This document shows positions 48,604 to 57,901 of a stretch of 64,000 nucleotides of DNA, in pieces. Origin of the DNA: Candidatus Latescibacterota bacterium (GTDB lineage Bacteria > Latescibacterota > UBA2968 > GCA-2709665); contig CAXXXF010000011.1 in the NCBI GenBank assembly GCA_963667175.2, positions 56,331-120,330 on the forward strand, given 5' to 3'. Below the pieces are notes generated by a model. The model did not search any database. It had not been told where the DNA came from and was given only the letters and a program-made list of their open reading frames with translations. The stretch's first letter is position 1, and every line of letters starts with the position of its first letter. A program made the position numbers and the translations under genes.

Positions 48604-49855
48604 CAGCCCGGAAGCGTTGCTGCAGAAAATTCGCCAGGATGAGGACAATTCGCTGGAACTCAAGGCCGTCCGATTCAGAGGTGACCGTGTTTCGGGGCTT
48701 AGGGGAGATGATGAGTGGGCAGACGAGTTGGCGGCCATCGCCAATACTCACGACGGTGCTCTTGTCCTGGGTGTGGACGACAGGACACGCGACATCATCG
48801 GCATTCCAATAGACCATCTTGACGCAGTCGAACGCTTTGTCTATGAGATTTGCAATGAGAGCATCACGCCGCCAGTCCATTTTCGTTCTTTCCGTATGCA
48901 ACTCCCTGATGCCACGGGGCAACTCCGGTCTGTGCTCAACGTAGAAATCCCGCGCAGCCTTTTTGTCCACAGGAGCCCAGGTGGATATTTCTTTCGGCAA
49001 GGTAGTTCAAAACGCGAAATGCCACCTGATTACCTGATACGACTATCCCAGCAACTTAGCCAGGCTCGGCTGATTCGATTCGAGGAACAACCGGTACCGC
49101 AATCGAGCATCGAAAATTTGTCGCGAGAACTCCGGACAAACTACACGACGCGATCCAGTGAATCCGAAGACGTCGTGCTCCTTAAGCGCGGACTATTGTC
49201 GAAGGAGGAAAACGGTATCGTGCGGGCTTCCGTCGCCGGTGTTCTGTTTTGCTGCGGGAGGCCGGAGCGCTTTTTGCCCAACGCCTATATTGAAGCCGTG
49301 CGCTATCGCGGAAGAAAGCAGAATTCCAATTATCAGATAGACGCCCAGAAATTTTACGGCCCGTTGAATCAACAGATTGAACAAGCAATGAACTTTCTCA
49401 GGAGAAACCAGACGGTCTCAGCCGTAAAAAGTCCGCACCGGGTCGAAGTGCAGCAGTTCAGCGAAAGAGCGGTTTTTGAAGCGATAGTCAATGCTGTGGC
49501 TCACCGCGATTATTCCATTTTCGCCTCGAAAATACGGTTCTTTATGTTTGAAGATCGGTTGGAAATCTACTCGCCAGGCACGCTCCCGAATACCGTGACC
49601 ATTGACAGCATCTCCCTCCGTCAGGCTACCCGAAACGAACTGATTACCAATCTGCTTGCAGAGACTTCAGTGGCGGAAACAGTTGGCGATGTGGGGCGTG
49701 GTTTTTATATGGAAAAGCGGGGCGAGGGTGTACCAATCATTTTGGACGAGAGTGAAAAACTCTCGGGAAAGAAGCCTGTTTTTCGACTCATTGACGATTC
49801 CGAACTGTTACTGACCATTTTTTCGGGGAGTATGGAACGTGCCGACGAGCATTGA
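48596..49855 (+). CDS. Schlafen/AlbA_2 + HATPase_c_4 protein
   Basis: EDNSLELK, AAIANTHDGALVLGVDD, EAIVNAVAHRDYS, DRLEIYSPG, RNELI, MEKRGEGV. Confidence 0.85.
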   Translation: MFNSPEALLQKIRQDEDNSLELKAVRFRGDRVSGLRGDDEWADELAAIANTHDGALVLGVDDRTRDIIGIPIDHLDAVERFVYEICNESITPPVHFRSFRMQLPDATGQLRSVLNVEIPRSLFVHRSPGGYFFRQGSSKREMPPDYLIRLSQQLSQARLIRFEEQPVPQSSIENLSRELRTNYTTRSSESEDVVLLKRGLLSKEENGIVRASVAGVLFCCGRPERFLPNAYIEAVRYRGRKQNSNYQIDAQKFYGPLNQQIEQAMNFLRRNQTVSAVKSPHRVEVQQFSERAVFEAIVNAVAHRDYSIFASKIRFFMFEDRLEIYSPGTLPNTVTIDSISLRQATRNELITNLLAETSVAETVGDVGRGFYMEKRGEGVPIILDESEKLSGKKPVFRLIDDSELLLTIFSGSMERADEH

Positions 49856-49891
49856 TACACGAAACGGTTGGTGTTCAGAATCGGATGCACA

Positions 49892-51898
49892 ATGAGTGCC
49901 TGGCGCGACCGGATCCTGAAGGAATTCGCTCCCAACGTAGCCCGTCTGACCCTTGTCGCCGATCCTGACGGGCTGCTTTTGGAAGAAGGTATACTCGCGG
50001 GCATACGCGAACGGGGCTTTGAACTGATTCCGTTCGAGGACGCTATCGCCTTTCGGTATGCCTACGAATCCAGATTCCGTTCCCGCTGGGACCAGGGTGC
50101 GCAGACGGATCTGGTGGTCGTACTGCACTCCGAGGAGAGCGATCTCAACTGCTTGCCATACGACCTGCTCGAGGCTGGTCGTCAGCTGTGGTTCAACCTT
50201 GGCGACATTTTTACAAATCTGAGCTATTCGGTTGTGGCATCGTTGGACCGACGAGACTTTGACACGCTCTACGATGCTCAGAAACGGCACGCTTCGGGTG
50301 TGCTGGGCGATAATGCGACGAAGGAATTCATCCTGCGCCATGTGTTCGATATTGCACCTGAATTCATCAAAGAGCCATCCGATTTATTGCGTGTACTGCT
50401 GCGTCGCCATTACCGAGAACAGCAGATTCCGTCCATGTTGAACGAGCGATTGGTTCAGCTGCTCCGCCAGCAACCTTTGTTTAGAGCATGGCCACTCGCA
50501 GAGATTGTCTCAGACCGGCAGGCATTCTTCGATTTTCTTCAGGAACGCTGGCCCTTTTTTCTGGACCGGTCTGCGAGCGAAGAGGGTCTCTGCGTCCGGG
50601 AGCGCGCGGAACCCTATGCATTGAAGTTTTCAGGCCCTATGGACTTGCCATTCGATCACGACGACATCCGTGTATATTTAGACAACCTGTTTCTCGAAGG
50701 ACTGCTTGAAGCCGTTCCATACGACCAGGCCGAATCGCTGTCAAAACCATGGCTCGTTATTGGTATCCGAAGGGATGAACAGGCGGATCGAGAACGTCGC
50801 GTAGATGGTCTTCTCTGCACTTTGGCTTCCATTATTCCAAACGAGGATGCACGACACGGCGATTGGTTCCGATTTGCTAAAACTTGGGCCGAACTGGTAG
50901 TATTATCTCATGAATCGGATGCGCAGTTGCCGGCACCTGTAGGTCGAAAGATGGAGACACTGAAAGCTAATATTGACGATTCACTTGTGTCCTGGCTGAC
51001 AAACCGCTATGCAGGACTGAGCAGCCTGCCGCCGGACCCACCTGTTATGTTGCATCACATTCCCCGTTTCCTTGCCAGGCATGTCACGGATGGCACGGAA
51101 CACAAGGCGGCGCTCGTCCTGGTAGATGGTCTTTCTCTCGATCAGTGGATTGTCACCCGCAAGGAGCTTTCCAAGCAACACCCCACGTACCATTTCCGAG
51201 AGCACACGGTATTCGCCTGGATACCCACTATCACCTCGGTTTCCCGTCAGGCGGCCTTTGCTGGAAAGCCGCCCTTTTATTTTCCAAACTACATACATAA
51301 GACGGACAATGAGCCGGCATTTTGGGCGCAATTCTGGGTTGATCAAGGCCTGGCCCTACAGGAAGTCACATACGCAAAGGTTCTCGGTGACGGCCGCCTC
51401 GAAACAGTGGAAGAAATCGTCGCCCATCCGATGACGCGGGTCATCGGTCTGGTTGTCGACAAAGTGGACAGAATCATGCACGGCATGGAGCTTGGCGCTG
51501 CAGGGATGCACAATCAAGTCCGGCAGTGGGTCCGTCTAGGGTTCATAGCGAATCTTGTCGATCTTCTTCTAAATAACGGTTTTCGCGTCTATCTGGCTTC
51601 GGATCATGGCAACATCGAGGCGGTCGGATGTGGCCGTCCTGGTGAGGGCGCCGCAGCCGACGTGCGAGGACAGCGCGCTCGAATCTATCGAGATCCCTTG
51701 CTGCGCAGTCAGGTAAGAAAGCGATTTCCAGGCGCCGTGGAATGGGGACCGGTTGGACTACCAGATGATTATTTGCCTTTGTTTGCCGCCGGGCGCACTG
51801 CATTTGTGGGTGAGAGTGAGCGGATTGTCAGTCACGGCGGAGCGTCTCTTGAAGAATTGGTTGTTCCTTTTGTTGAGATCGAAAGAAGGGACGCATGA
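49892..51898 (+). CDS. pglZ: BREX-3 alkaline-phosphatase-fold protein PglZ
   Basis: LTLVADPDGLL, LPYDLL, LVDGLSLDQW, AWIPTITSVSRQA, ASDHG, SHGGASLEELVVPF. Confidence 0.92.
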   Translation: MSAWRDRILKEFAPNVARLTLVADPDGLLLEEGILAGIRERGFELIPFEDAIAFRYAYESRFRSRWDQGAQTDLVVVLHSEESDLNCLPYDLLEAGRQLWFNLGDIFTNLSYSVVASLDRRDFDTLYDAQKRHASGVLGDNATKEFILRHVFDIAPEFIKEPSDLLRVLLRRHYREQQIPSMLNERLVQLLRQQPLFRAWPLAEIVSDRQAFFDFLQERWPFFLDRSASEEGLCVRERAEPYALKFSGPMDLPFDHDDIRVYLDNLFLEGLLEAVPYDQAESLSKPWLVIGIRRDEQADRERRVDGLLCTLASIIPNEDARHGDWFRFAKTWAELVVLSHESDAQLPAPVGRKMETLKANIDDSLVSWLTNRYAGLSSLPPDPPVMLHHIPRFLARHVTDGTEHKAALVLVDGLSLDQWIVTRKELSKQHPTYHFREHTVFAWIPTITSVSRQAAFAGKPPFYFPNYIHKTDNEPAFWAQFWVDQGLALQEVTYAKVLGDGRLETVEEIVAHPMTRVIGLVVDKVDRIMHGMELGAAGMHNQVRQWVRLGFIANLVDLLLNNGFRVYLASDHGNIEAVGCGRPGEGAAADVRGQRARIYRDPLLRSQVRKRFPGAVEWGPVGLPDDYLPLFAAGRTAFVGESERIVSHGGASLEELVVPFVEIERRDA

Positions 51899-52677
51899 AC
51901 GGACGGTTTACTCAGATTGGGTTCAGTCAACGTATCCGCCTGGAATGGCTGGAGACGACAGCCAATCTGATTCTTGCTGGCAACGACAGGACCACAATCA
52001 ACAGTTCACTCCAAAGGATCCTGGAGGACAAAGTTTCCGTCGGAGGTAGGTCCATCAGAGGAAATAGGGAAAAGGCAATTACGATTCTATTGAAGACCTG
52101 GCTTACCGTACCTACCGAATTGGAGAAACTGCGGGAAGGGGGCTTGGAATTGCTCCGCGGGCTCTCTCGTGAAGACCAAATTGCCGTACACTGGGCAATG
52201 GCAATGGCAACTTATCCCTTCTGGGGCGCGGTCGCCGCGCATACAGGCAGGCTCTTGCGGCTTCAAGGAACCGCCGCGGCAGCGCATGTTCAGCGGCGAA
52301 TCAAAGAGAAATACGGAGAACGGGAAACCGCATCTCGTGCCGCACGACGTGTGTTACGTTCGTTCATCGATTGGGGCGTCTTGAAGGAGACGAGTGACAA
52401 AGGGATCTATGGACAAGGAAAGCAGTACTCGGTTGAAGAATCCAGACTAATCGTCTGGATGGTGGAGGCTTCTCTTCATGCTCGTCCAAACGGTTCTGCC
52501 CCCTTAAGAGACTTGGTCGACAGTCCGAGCATATTTCCGTTCAAATTGGCGCCCGTAACAGCCGAGCAAGTGGCGTCCATAACACCTCGCCTGGATGTGC
52601 TGCGGCATGGCCTGGATGATGATCTTGTGATGCTGGCTAAAAACTGCCAGGGCAACGCGACGGGATGGACGAAATAG
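51895..52677 (+). CDS. brxA: BREX-3 BrxA-like DNA-binding protein
   Basis: Overlaps the pglZ stop (ATGA); QIGFSQRIRLEWL, HWAMAMATYPF, YGERET..RAARRVLRSFIDWGVL; terminal position as in type-3 loci. Confidence 0.75.
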   Translation: MNGRFTQIGFSQRIRLEWLETTANLILAGNDRTTINSSLQRILEDKVSVGGRSIRGNREKAITILLKTWLTVPTELEKLREGGLELLRGLSREDQIAVHWAMAMATYPFWGAVAAHTGRLLRLQGTAAAAHVQRRIKEKYGERETASRAARRVLRSFIDWGVLKETSDKGIYGQGKQYSVEESRLIVWMVEASLHARPNGSAPLRDLVDSPSIFPFKLAPVTAEQVASITPRLDVLRHGLDDDLVMLAKNCQGNATGWTK

Positions 52678-52836
52678 TCGTTTCTACGAGAACCGATTTG
52701 CCAAACGGCGTCTGTCAAATTCCACTGACGACGCCATGGCTGCCAAATATGAAATTGCTTTGTCGGACGAGCCGATCATGGCGGCGGACATCGACCGTAC
52801 GCGAGAGGCACTGGGCAGGCGCGGCTTGCTGCTGGG

Positions 52837-52990
52837 AGAGAAGGCAGGATCGTCTATGAAGCATCCTGAACGCTTTCCGCCTGACGACTCTGGGGAATGG
52901 ATAAACCGCGCCAGAAGCGACCTGATTCACGCAAAGAACGAAGCGCCAAGAGTCTATCTTAAGAATTCGTGTTTCAACGCCCCGCAGGCC
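52837..52990 (+). pseudogene. Remnant of an MNT-HEPN pair
   Basis: REGRIVYEAS* (MNT C-terminus; cf. EGSVVYESS* at 57901) overlaps MKHPERFPPDDSGEWINRARSDL...CFNAPQA (cf. HEPN at 57888), then similarity is lost. Confidence 0.75.
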
Positions 52991-53239
52991 GACGTCTGGT
53001 GCGGCCTGTTTTGGAGCAGCGATCCTCGACCTTGAAGTCGAAGTCAAGGAGGCAGTCTTCTCAGCCGCTAAAGGCCTTATGAATGAGTTCGGAGGCGCAA
53101 ATATCACAGAAATTGATGACTTTCACCGAGATGTGTTCGACAATTCTCACGTCCGAGATGAAATCGCAAACATGGCCGGTTTTCTTCGACGATTTCAGCG
53201 TACCCGTCACACTCTTAAATAGCACTTGTTGAGGCAATC

Positions 53240-54922
53240 GTGATCCGGCGAGTTACGATAACGAACTTCAAGCGTTTCCGAAACCAGGCCTTTGAACTGG
53301 CGGATTCAGTCGTACTGGCCGGACCGAACAATGCAGGTAAGTCCACGTTACTCCAGGCGATTACAATGTGGAAGTTCGGTCTGGATCGCTGGATCTCTCA
53401 GCGCGTGGGAGGCAGGACCGTTACCAGGTCCGGCATTGCGATACCGCGAGCCGATATTACTGCTGTCCCGCTCCGTGAAATGAACTTGCTCTGGGAAGAT
53501 CGTCGGGTCACCGGGCCGCGCGGGATGTCGGGCAGCCGGCGGCTTATCGAAATCGTCGTAGAAGGCGAAGCGAACGGGGAATCCTGGACCTGTGGCATCG
53601 AACTCCAGTACGCCAATCCCGAGTTGGCATACGTACGGCCACAGGACGCGAAAAGCCTGGATAGAGAAACATTGCGAAATTTCCCTCCGGAGGCGGCGCG
53701 ACAACTAAATATCGTTCACGTTCCTCCGCTTTCCGGCGTTGAGCGCGATGAGCCGCGGCGTGACAGAGGAATGCAGGACCTGTTGGTGGGACAGGGTCGG
53801 CCAGGCGAAATCCTGCGCAATCTCCTCCTGGAAATCGCCGAGAGCAAAGAAAGAGGGCGTTGGCTATCTCTTGCACGGCACATCAAGGAACTCTTTCGGA
53901 TCGAATTGCTTAAGCCTGTCTATTCTCCTGCGCAACCATACATTGTGTGCGAGTACCGAGAACCGGGGCACACCCGGCCACTGGATCTCTCAAATGCAGG
54001 AAGCGGGACACTGCAAGTGCTTCTCCTATTCGCTTTCCTGTATGCCCGTCCCGCAACGGTGATATTGCTTGACGAGCCGGACGCCCACCAGCACGTCATT
54101 CTTCAACGACAGGTCTACGACCTCATTCGCAAAGTTGCGCACGAACGTGGCGGGCAGATTATTGTTGCGACACATTCTGAGGTCGTTCTTGATGCGACTG
54201 AGCCCGAGCGGGTGATCGGGCTTTTTGGAAGAGCGCCGCGTTCGCTGGCTAACGAGACCGAACGTAATCAACTCAGGGAGGCTCTCAAACGCGTTACCAC
54301 GACCGATCTGTTGCTGGCTCAGGAAGTCGGCGCCGTTCTCTACGTAGAAAGCGAGACTGACGAAAGGATCCTCTCGGAATGGGCGCATCTCCTGGATCAT
54401 CCTGCTCGACTCTTCTTCGAGCGGCCTTTTGTCCATTGGTTGAGTGGAAGAAGCCTGCGCGAGGCGAAAGCGCATTTTTTCGCAATGCAAGCAGTGTTTC
54501 CCGGACTGCCCGCAGTCTGTCTTCTCGACGGAGACAATCTCGACAGACCTGACTCGGAAATGACGGGCGCCGGCCTCGAACTACTTCGATGGCGTCGCTA
54601 CGAGATTGAAAATTACCTCTTACAGCCGGAGGCAATAAAGCGTTTTGTCGACTTCCCGCTTATGAATTCAAGAATTGATGCCGCATTCTGGAGTCAAGTG
54701 CCCCGCGGTACCGATCTCTTTGGAAACCACGTGTCGTTAGAACGCGTAAAAGCCAGCGACGAGTTTCTTGTGCCACTTTTGGACGAGGTCGGCAAGAGGA
54801 CACCGAAGCGAGATCTATATTTGCTAGCTACGACTATGGAGGAAGAGGAGATCCATCCCGAGATACGCGAAAAACTCGATCGTATCGCAGCATCGCTCAA
54901 TACGCGTGAGTCGTCAGAATAG
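53240..54922 (+). CDS. ABC-type ATPase + TOPRIM-like domain (OLD/PARIS-like single chain)
   Basis: NFKRF, GPNNAGKS, AGSG, ILLDEPDAH, ATHS; C-terminal LYVESETD, LLDGD, RYEIENY. Confidence 0.8.
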   Translation: MIRRVTITNFKRFRNQAFELADSVVLAGPNNAGKSTLLQAITMWKFGLDRWISQRVGGRTVTRSGIAIPRADITAVPLREMNLLWEDRRVTGPRGMSGSRRLIEIVVEGEANGESWTCGIELQYANPELAYVRPQDAKSLDRETLRNFPPEAARQLNIVHVPPLSGVERDEPRRDRGMQDLLVGQGRPGEILRNLLLEIAESKERGRWLSLARHIKELFRIELLKPVYSPAQPYIVCEYREPGHTRPLDLSNAGSGTLQVLLLFAFLYARPATVILLDEPDAHQHVILQRQVYDLIRKVAHERGGQIIVATHSEVVLDATEPERVIGLFGRAPRSLANETERNQLREALKRVTTTDLLLAQEVGAVLYVESETDERILSEWAHLLDHPARLFFERPFVHWLSGRSLREAKAHFFAMQAVFPGLPAVCLLDGDNLDRPDSEMTGAGLELLRWRRYEIENYLLQPEAIKRFVDFPLMNSRIDAAFWSQVPRGTDLFGNHVSLERVKASDEFLVPLLDEVGKRTPKRDLYLLATTMEEEEIHPEIREKLDRIAASLNTRESSE

Positions 54923-54952
54923 CGATTCTCCATTGTCCATAGGACCTCAGGA

Positions 54953-55264
54953 ATGCCTCTCGATCCCTGGTACAAGGCAACTACGCTTCGCAAGGAAGTA
55001 CGGGAAGGTCGTTCGTTCAGCCCGGACGAGTTCGCGATTGCCCTCGAGCAGGTCGTCAACGGAACTGCGCCGGAGGACTATAGCGATCCTGTGCAGTTTT
55101 TCTCGCGCACCTGTTTTACACGGGCGTTAAATGAACTGATTGACACAGAACAGGAACGCGGGCCAGATTTCCTTCGACTTGCGAATGCATTGTCTGCGCT
55201 CTATCCAAGAGGCAGCAACGAAAAACGCCTGCTGGACGCTATGTTGTTGGCGGTTCCGAGGTGA
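54953..55264 (+). pseudogene. Chimera of a DUF499 ATPase N-terminus and a DUF1156 methylase C-terminus (deletion scar)
   Basis: First about 59 aa (PWYKATTLRKEVREGRSFSPDEFAIALEQVV...DYSDPVQFFSRTCFTRAL) resemble DUF499 starts; last about 44 aa (ERGPDFLRLANALSALYP...EKRLLDAMLLAVPR) resemble DUF1156 ends. Recognised from memory, not searched. Confidence 0.65.
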
Positions 55265-55274
55265 AAGGAACAAT

Positions 55275-56384
55275 ATGGAACCAACAATGATCGAATCCGT
55301 CCGCATCAAGGGCTTCCGGTCATTGGCGAATGTCGAGCTCTCGGACATTCCCAGGACGGCAGTCCTGATTGGCGCCAACGGCTCAGGAAAGTCAAATTTC
55401 ATTCGTTTCTTTGAAATGCTACGCTGGATGCTCGGTGCGCGCAGATTTGCAGAGTTCGTCGAGCGCCAGGGAGGGGCCGACGATCAGTTGTTTCGCGGCG
55501 GCAAACACACCCGACGAATGGAAGCGTCGGTAACATTGCAAACCCATGCAGGCCGGAACGACTTTCGTTTCGCGCTTGCTCATGCTCATCCCGATCGCCT
55601 GATATTCATGGATGAGGCATTTCGTTTCAGCCGCCGGGAATTCGATTCAGAGGTAGACTGGCGACATCTCGGCAGCAGCCACTCGGAGGCCAATATTGTC
55701 GAAGAGGCACAATCCGACACCATCGCCCGCGTGATCGTGAATTTGCTTCGCAACTGCGCGGCATACCAGTTCCATGACACGTCAGACACGTCTGATCTTA
55801 AAACGAAATGGGAAATTGAAGACAACAACTATCTCAAAGCGCACGGCGGCAATCTTGCAGCCGTATTGTACCGTTTGGAACGGCAGGATATCAGGCGATT
55901 TGAACTGATCTGCGAGCAAATCGGCCGCGTCTTGCCTGTATTCGACCGATTTCAAATAGAAGAAAGCTACGGGAAAGTGTTTCTTAGATGGAAGGCCAGA
56001 GGTACGGATAAGACGTTCGATCCGCACCTGACATCCGATGGCTCGCTGCGTTTCTTCTCACTCGCGACGCTGTTGAATCTGCCGCCGGAGATGCTGCCAG
56101 ACGTGCTTCTCCTGGATGAACCTGAACTCGGACTGCATCCCGCCGCCGTTGCATTAGTCGGGGGAATGATTCAAGCACTCGCCAGGGAAAGGCAAGTCAT
56201 TGTGGCAACACAGTCGCCCTTACTTGTGGATGAGTTCGCTCTCAATGAGATTTTCGTGCTGAACCTGGTGGATGGACGAACCGAGTTCGACAAACTGGCG
56301 CCAGACAAATATCGCGAGTGGCTCGATGACAACTTTACTCCAGGCGAACTCTGGCAGAAGAACCTGCTCGGAGGACGCCCGTGA
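55275..56384 (+). CDS. AAA_21/ABC-type ATPase
   Basis: IKGFRSL, IGANGSGKSN, YQFHDTS, SDGSLRF, LLDEPELGLHP, ATQS, GELWQKNLLGGRP. Confidence 0.88.
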   Translation: MEPTMIESVRIKGFRSLANVELSDIPRTAVLIGANGSGKSNFIRFFEMLRWMLGARRFAEFVERQGGADDQLFRGGKHTRRMEASVTLQTHAGRNDFRFALAHAHPDRLIFMDEAFRFSRREFDSEVDWRHLGSSHSEANIVEEAQSDTIARVIVNLLRNCAAYQFHDTSDTSDLKTKWEIEDNNYLKAHGGNLAAVLYRLERQDIRRFELICEQIGRVLPVFDRFQIEESYGKVFLRWKARGTDKTFDPHLTSDGSLRFFSLATLLNLPPEMLPDVLLLDEPELGLHPAAVALVGGMIQALARERQVIVATQSPLLVDEFALNEIFVLNLVDGRTEFDKLAPDKYREWLDDNFTPGELWQKNLLGGRP

Positions 56385-57022
56385 TCAGACTGGCGATATC
56401 AGTAGAGGGTCCCACTGAAGAACAATTCGTAAATAGAGTACTTGCAGAACATCTGCGATTACATGGCGTGGAGACCACGCCGGTCTTGCTCGGACGTGCC
56501 CGCGGTCGGTACGGCGGCGGGAACGTATCAATAGATCGGCTGGTACCGGAGTTGATTCATTTGCTCCGGTCGTTCGATAGGGTGACGTCGTTGGTCGACT
56601 TCTACGGTTTTCGACAGAAAGGGGAGATGAATGTCGAAGAGCTGGAGGAACAGTTGGTACAACGCATTGGCGAGACATTCGGTCAGGTATGGAATCCGGA
56701 GACCGTGATACCGTATGTACAACGGCATGAGTTCGAGGGATTGTTGTTCTCAGACGTGAATGCTTTTGGAGACGCGATCAATGCGCCTCAAAAGGCAGTT
56801 AATGAATTACGCACTATTCGTGAGGAATTCCCGACGCCTGAGGACATTAACGACAACAGCAACACAGCGCCGAGCAAGCGTATTCAGCAAGCGATAAACA
56901 CGTACCATAAATTCGTACACGGCCCGCTTCTGGCAATGGAGATGGGCCTGGCAACAATTCGCGAAGAATGCCCACGGTTCGCGAGCTGGGTATCTAAACT
57001 CGAATCGCTGGGACGACATTGA
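56381..57022 (+). CDS. DUF4276 family protein (TOPRIM-like partner of the ATPase)
   Basis: VEGPTEEQFV, LVDFYG, YVQRHEFEGLLFSD, PEDIND..TAPSKRI, IREECPRF; 4-nt overlap with the ATPase. Confidence 0.85.
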   Translation: MIRLAISVEGPTEEQFVNRVLAEHLRLHGVETTPVLLGRARGRYGGGNVSIDRLVPELIHLLRSFDRVTSLVDFYGFRQKGEMNVEELEEQLVQRIGETFGQVWNPETVIPYVQRHEFEGLLFSDVNAFGDAINAPQKAVNELRTIREEFPTPEDINDNSNTAPSKRIQQAINTYHKFVHGPLLAMEMGLATIREECPRFASWVSKLESLGRH

Positions 57023-57029
57023 CATACTC

Positions 57030-57356
57030 ATGAAAACAACAGGAATCGACCAGAGCACACTGGACGACATCATCCGGCGCGCCGTCGAGGTCGCCGAGCC
57101 CGAGAAGATCATCCTGTTCGGATCCGCCGCTCGCGGCGACATGAACCGTCACAGCGACGTGGACTTGCTTATCATAAAAAATGGCGCGGATGCGCTGGAA
57201 CTTATGGGCGAAATCTATATGAATCTCGATGGCGTCGACGCTGTCGTCCCAACGTCCGACGATGTAGAGCGGGATAGAGACTGCCACGCTGTGATCATCA
57301 AGCCCGCGTTGCAAGAAGGCAGGGTCGTACATAATGGAGGAAGACATGACCACTGA
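57030..57356 (+). CDS. Minimal nucleotidyltransferase (MNT), duplicated copy
   Basis: IILFGSAARG....SDVDLL; near-copy of 57575-57901 with a 12-nt internal deletion. Confidence 0.75.
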   Translation: MKTTGIDQSTLDDIIRRAVEVAEPEKIILFGSAARGDMNRHSDVDLLIIKNGADALELMGEIYMNLDGVDAVVPTSDDVERDRDCHAVIIKPALQEGRVVHNGGRHDH

Positions 57357-57552
57357 TTCTGTACTACTCAAACGTATTACCGTACGTCCGGATGTTTTTG
57401 GTGGCAAGCCCATCATTCGCGACATGCGCATCGCGGTGGAACACGTCCTTGGAATGCTGGCGGCCGGCGATACCGCAGAAACCATCCTCCAGGAATACCC
57501 GATTCTCGAGCCAGAAGACATCCAGGCGTGCTTGCTATATGCCCACCGTTAG
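57346..57552 (+). CDS. DUF433 antitoxin-like protein
   Basis: RITVRPDVFGGKPIIRDMRI, ILQEYP.LEPEDIQACLLYA. Confidence 0.88.
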   Translation: MTTDSVLLKRITVRPDVFGGKPIIRDMRIAVEHVLGMLAAGDTAETILQEYPILEPEDIQACLLYAHR

Positions 57553-57574
57553 CAGGGAAGCGCTTGATATACTT

Positions 57575-57901
57575 ATGAAAACAACAGAAATCGACCAGAG
57601 TACGCTGGATGAAATCATCCGGCGCGTTGTCGAGGTCGCCCATCCCGAGAAGATCATCCTGTTCGGATCCGCCGCTCGCGGCGACATGAATCGCCACAGC
57701 GACGTGGATCTCCTTGTCATCAAAGAGGGTGTGCATCGACGACGCATGACGGGGCGGATCTACGAGAATTTGTACGGCGTCGGCGCGGCGGTCGACGTGG
57801 TCGTGGTCACGCCCGAAGACGTGGAGCGCTACAAGGATAGCCATGCGCTCATCATCAAGCCCGCGCTGTGTGAGGGGAGTGTGGTCTATGAGTCCTCCTG
57901 A
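57575..57901 (+). CDS. Minimal nucleotidyltransferase (MNT) antitoxin
   Basis: LFGSAARG, SDVDLLV, VDVVV, EGSVVY. Confidence 0.88.
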   Translation: MKTTEIDQSTLDEIIRRVVEVAHPEKIILFGSAARGDMNRHSDVDLLVIKEGVHRRRMTGRIYENLYGVGAAVDVVVVTPEDVERYKDSHALIIKPALCEGSVVYESS

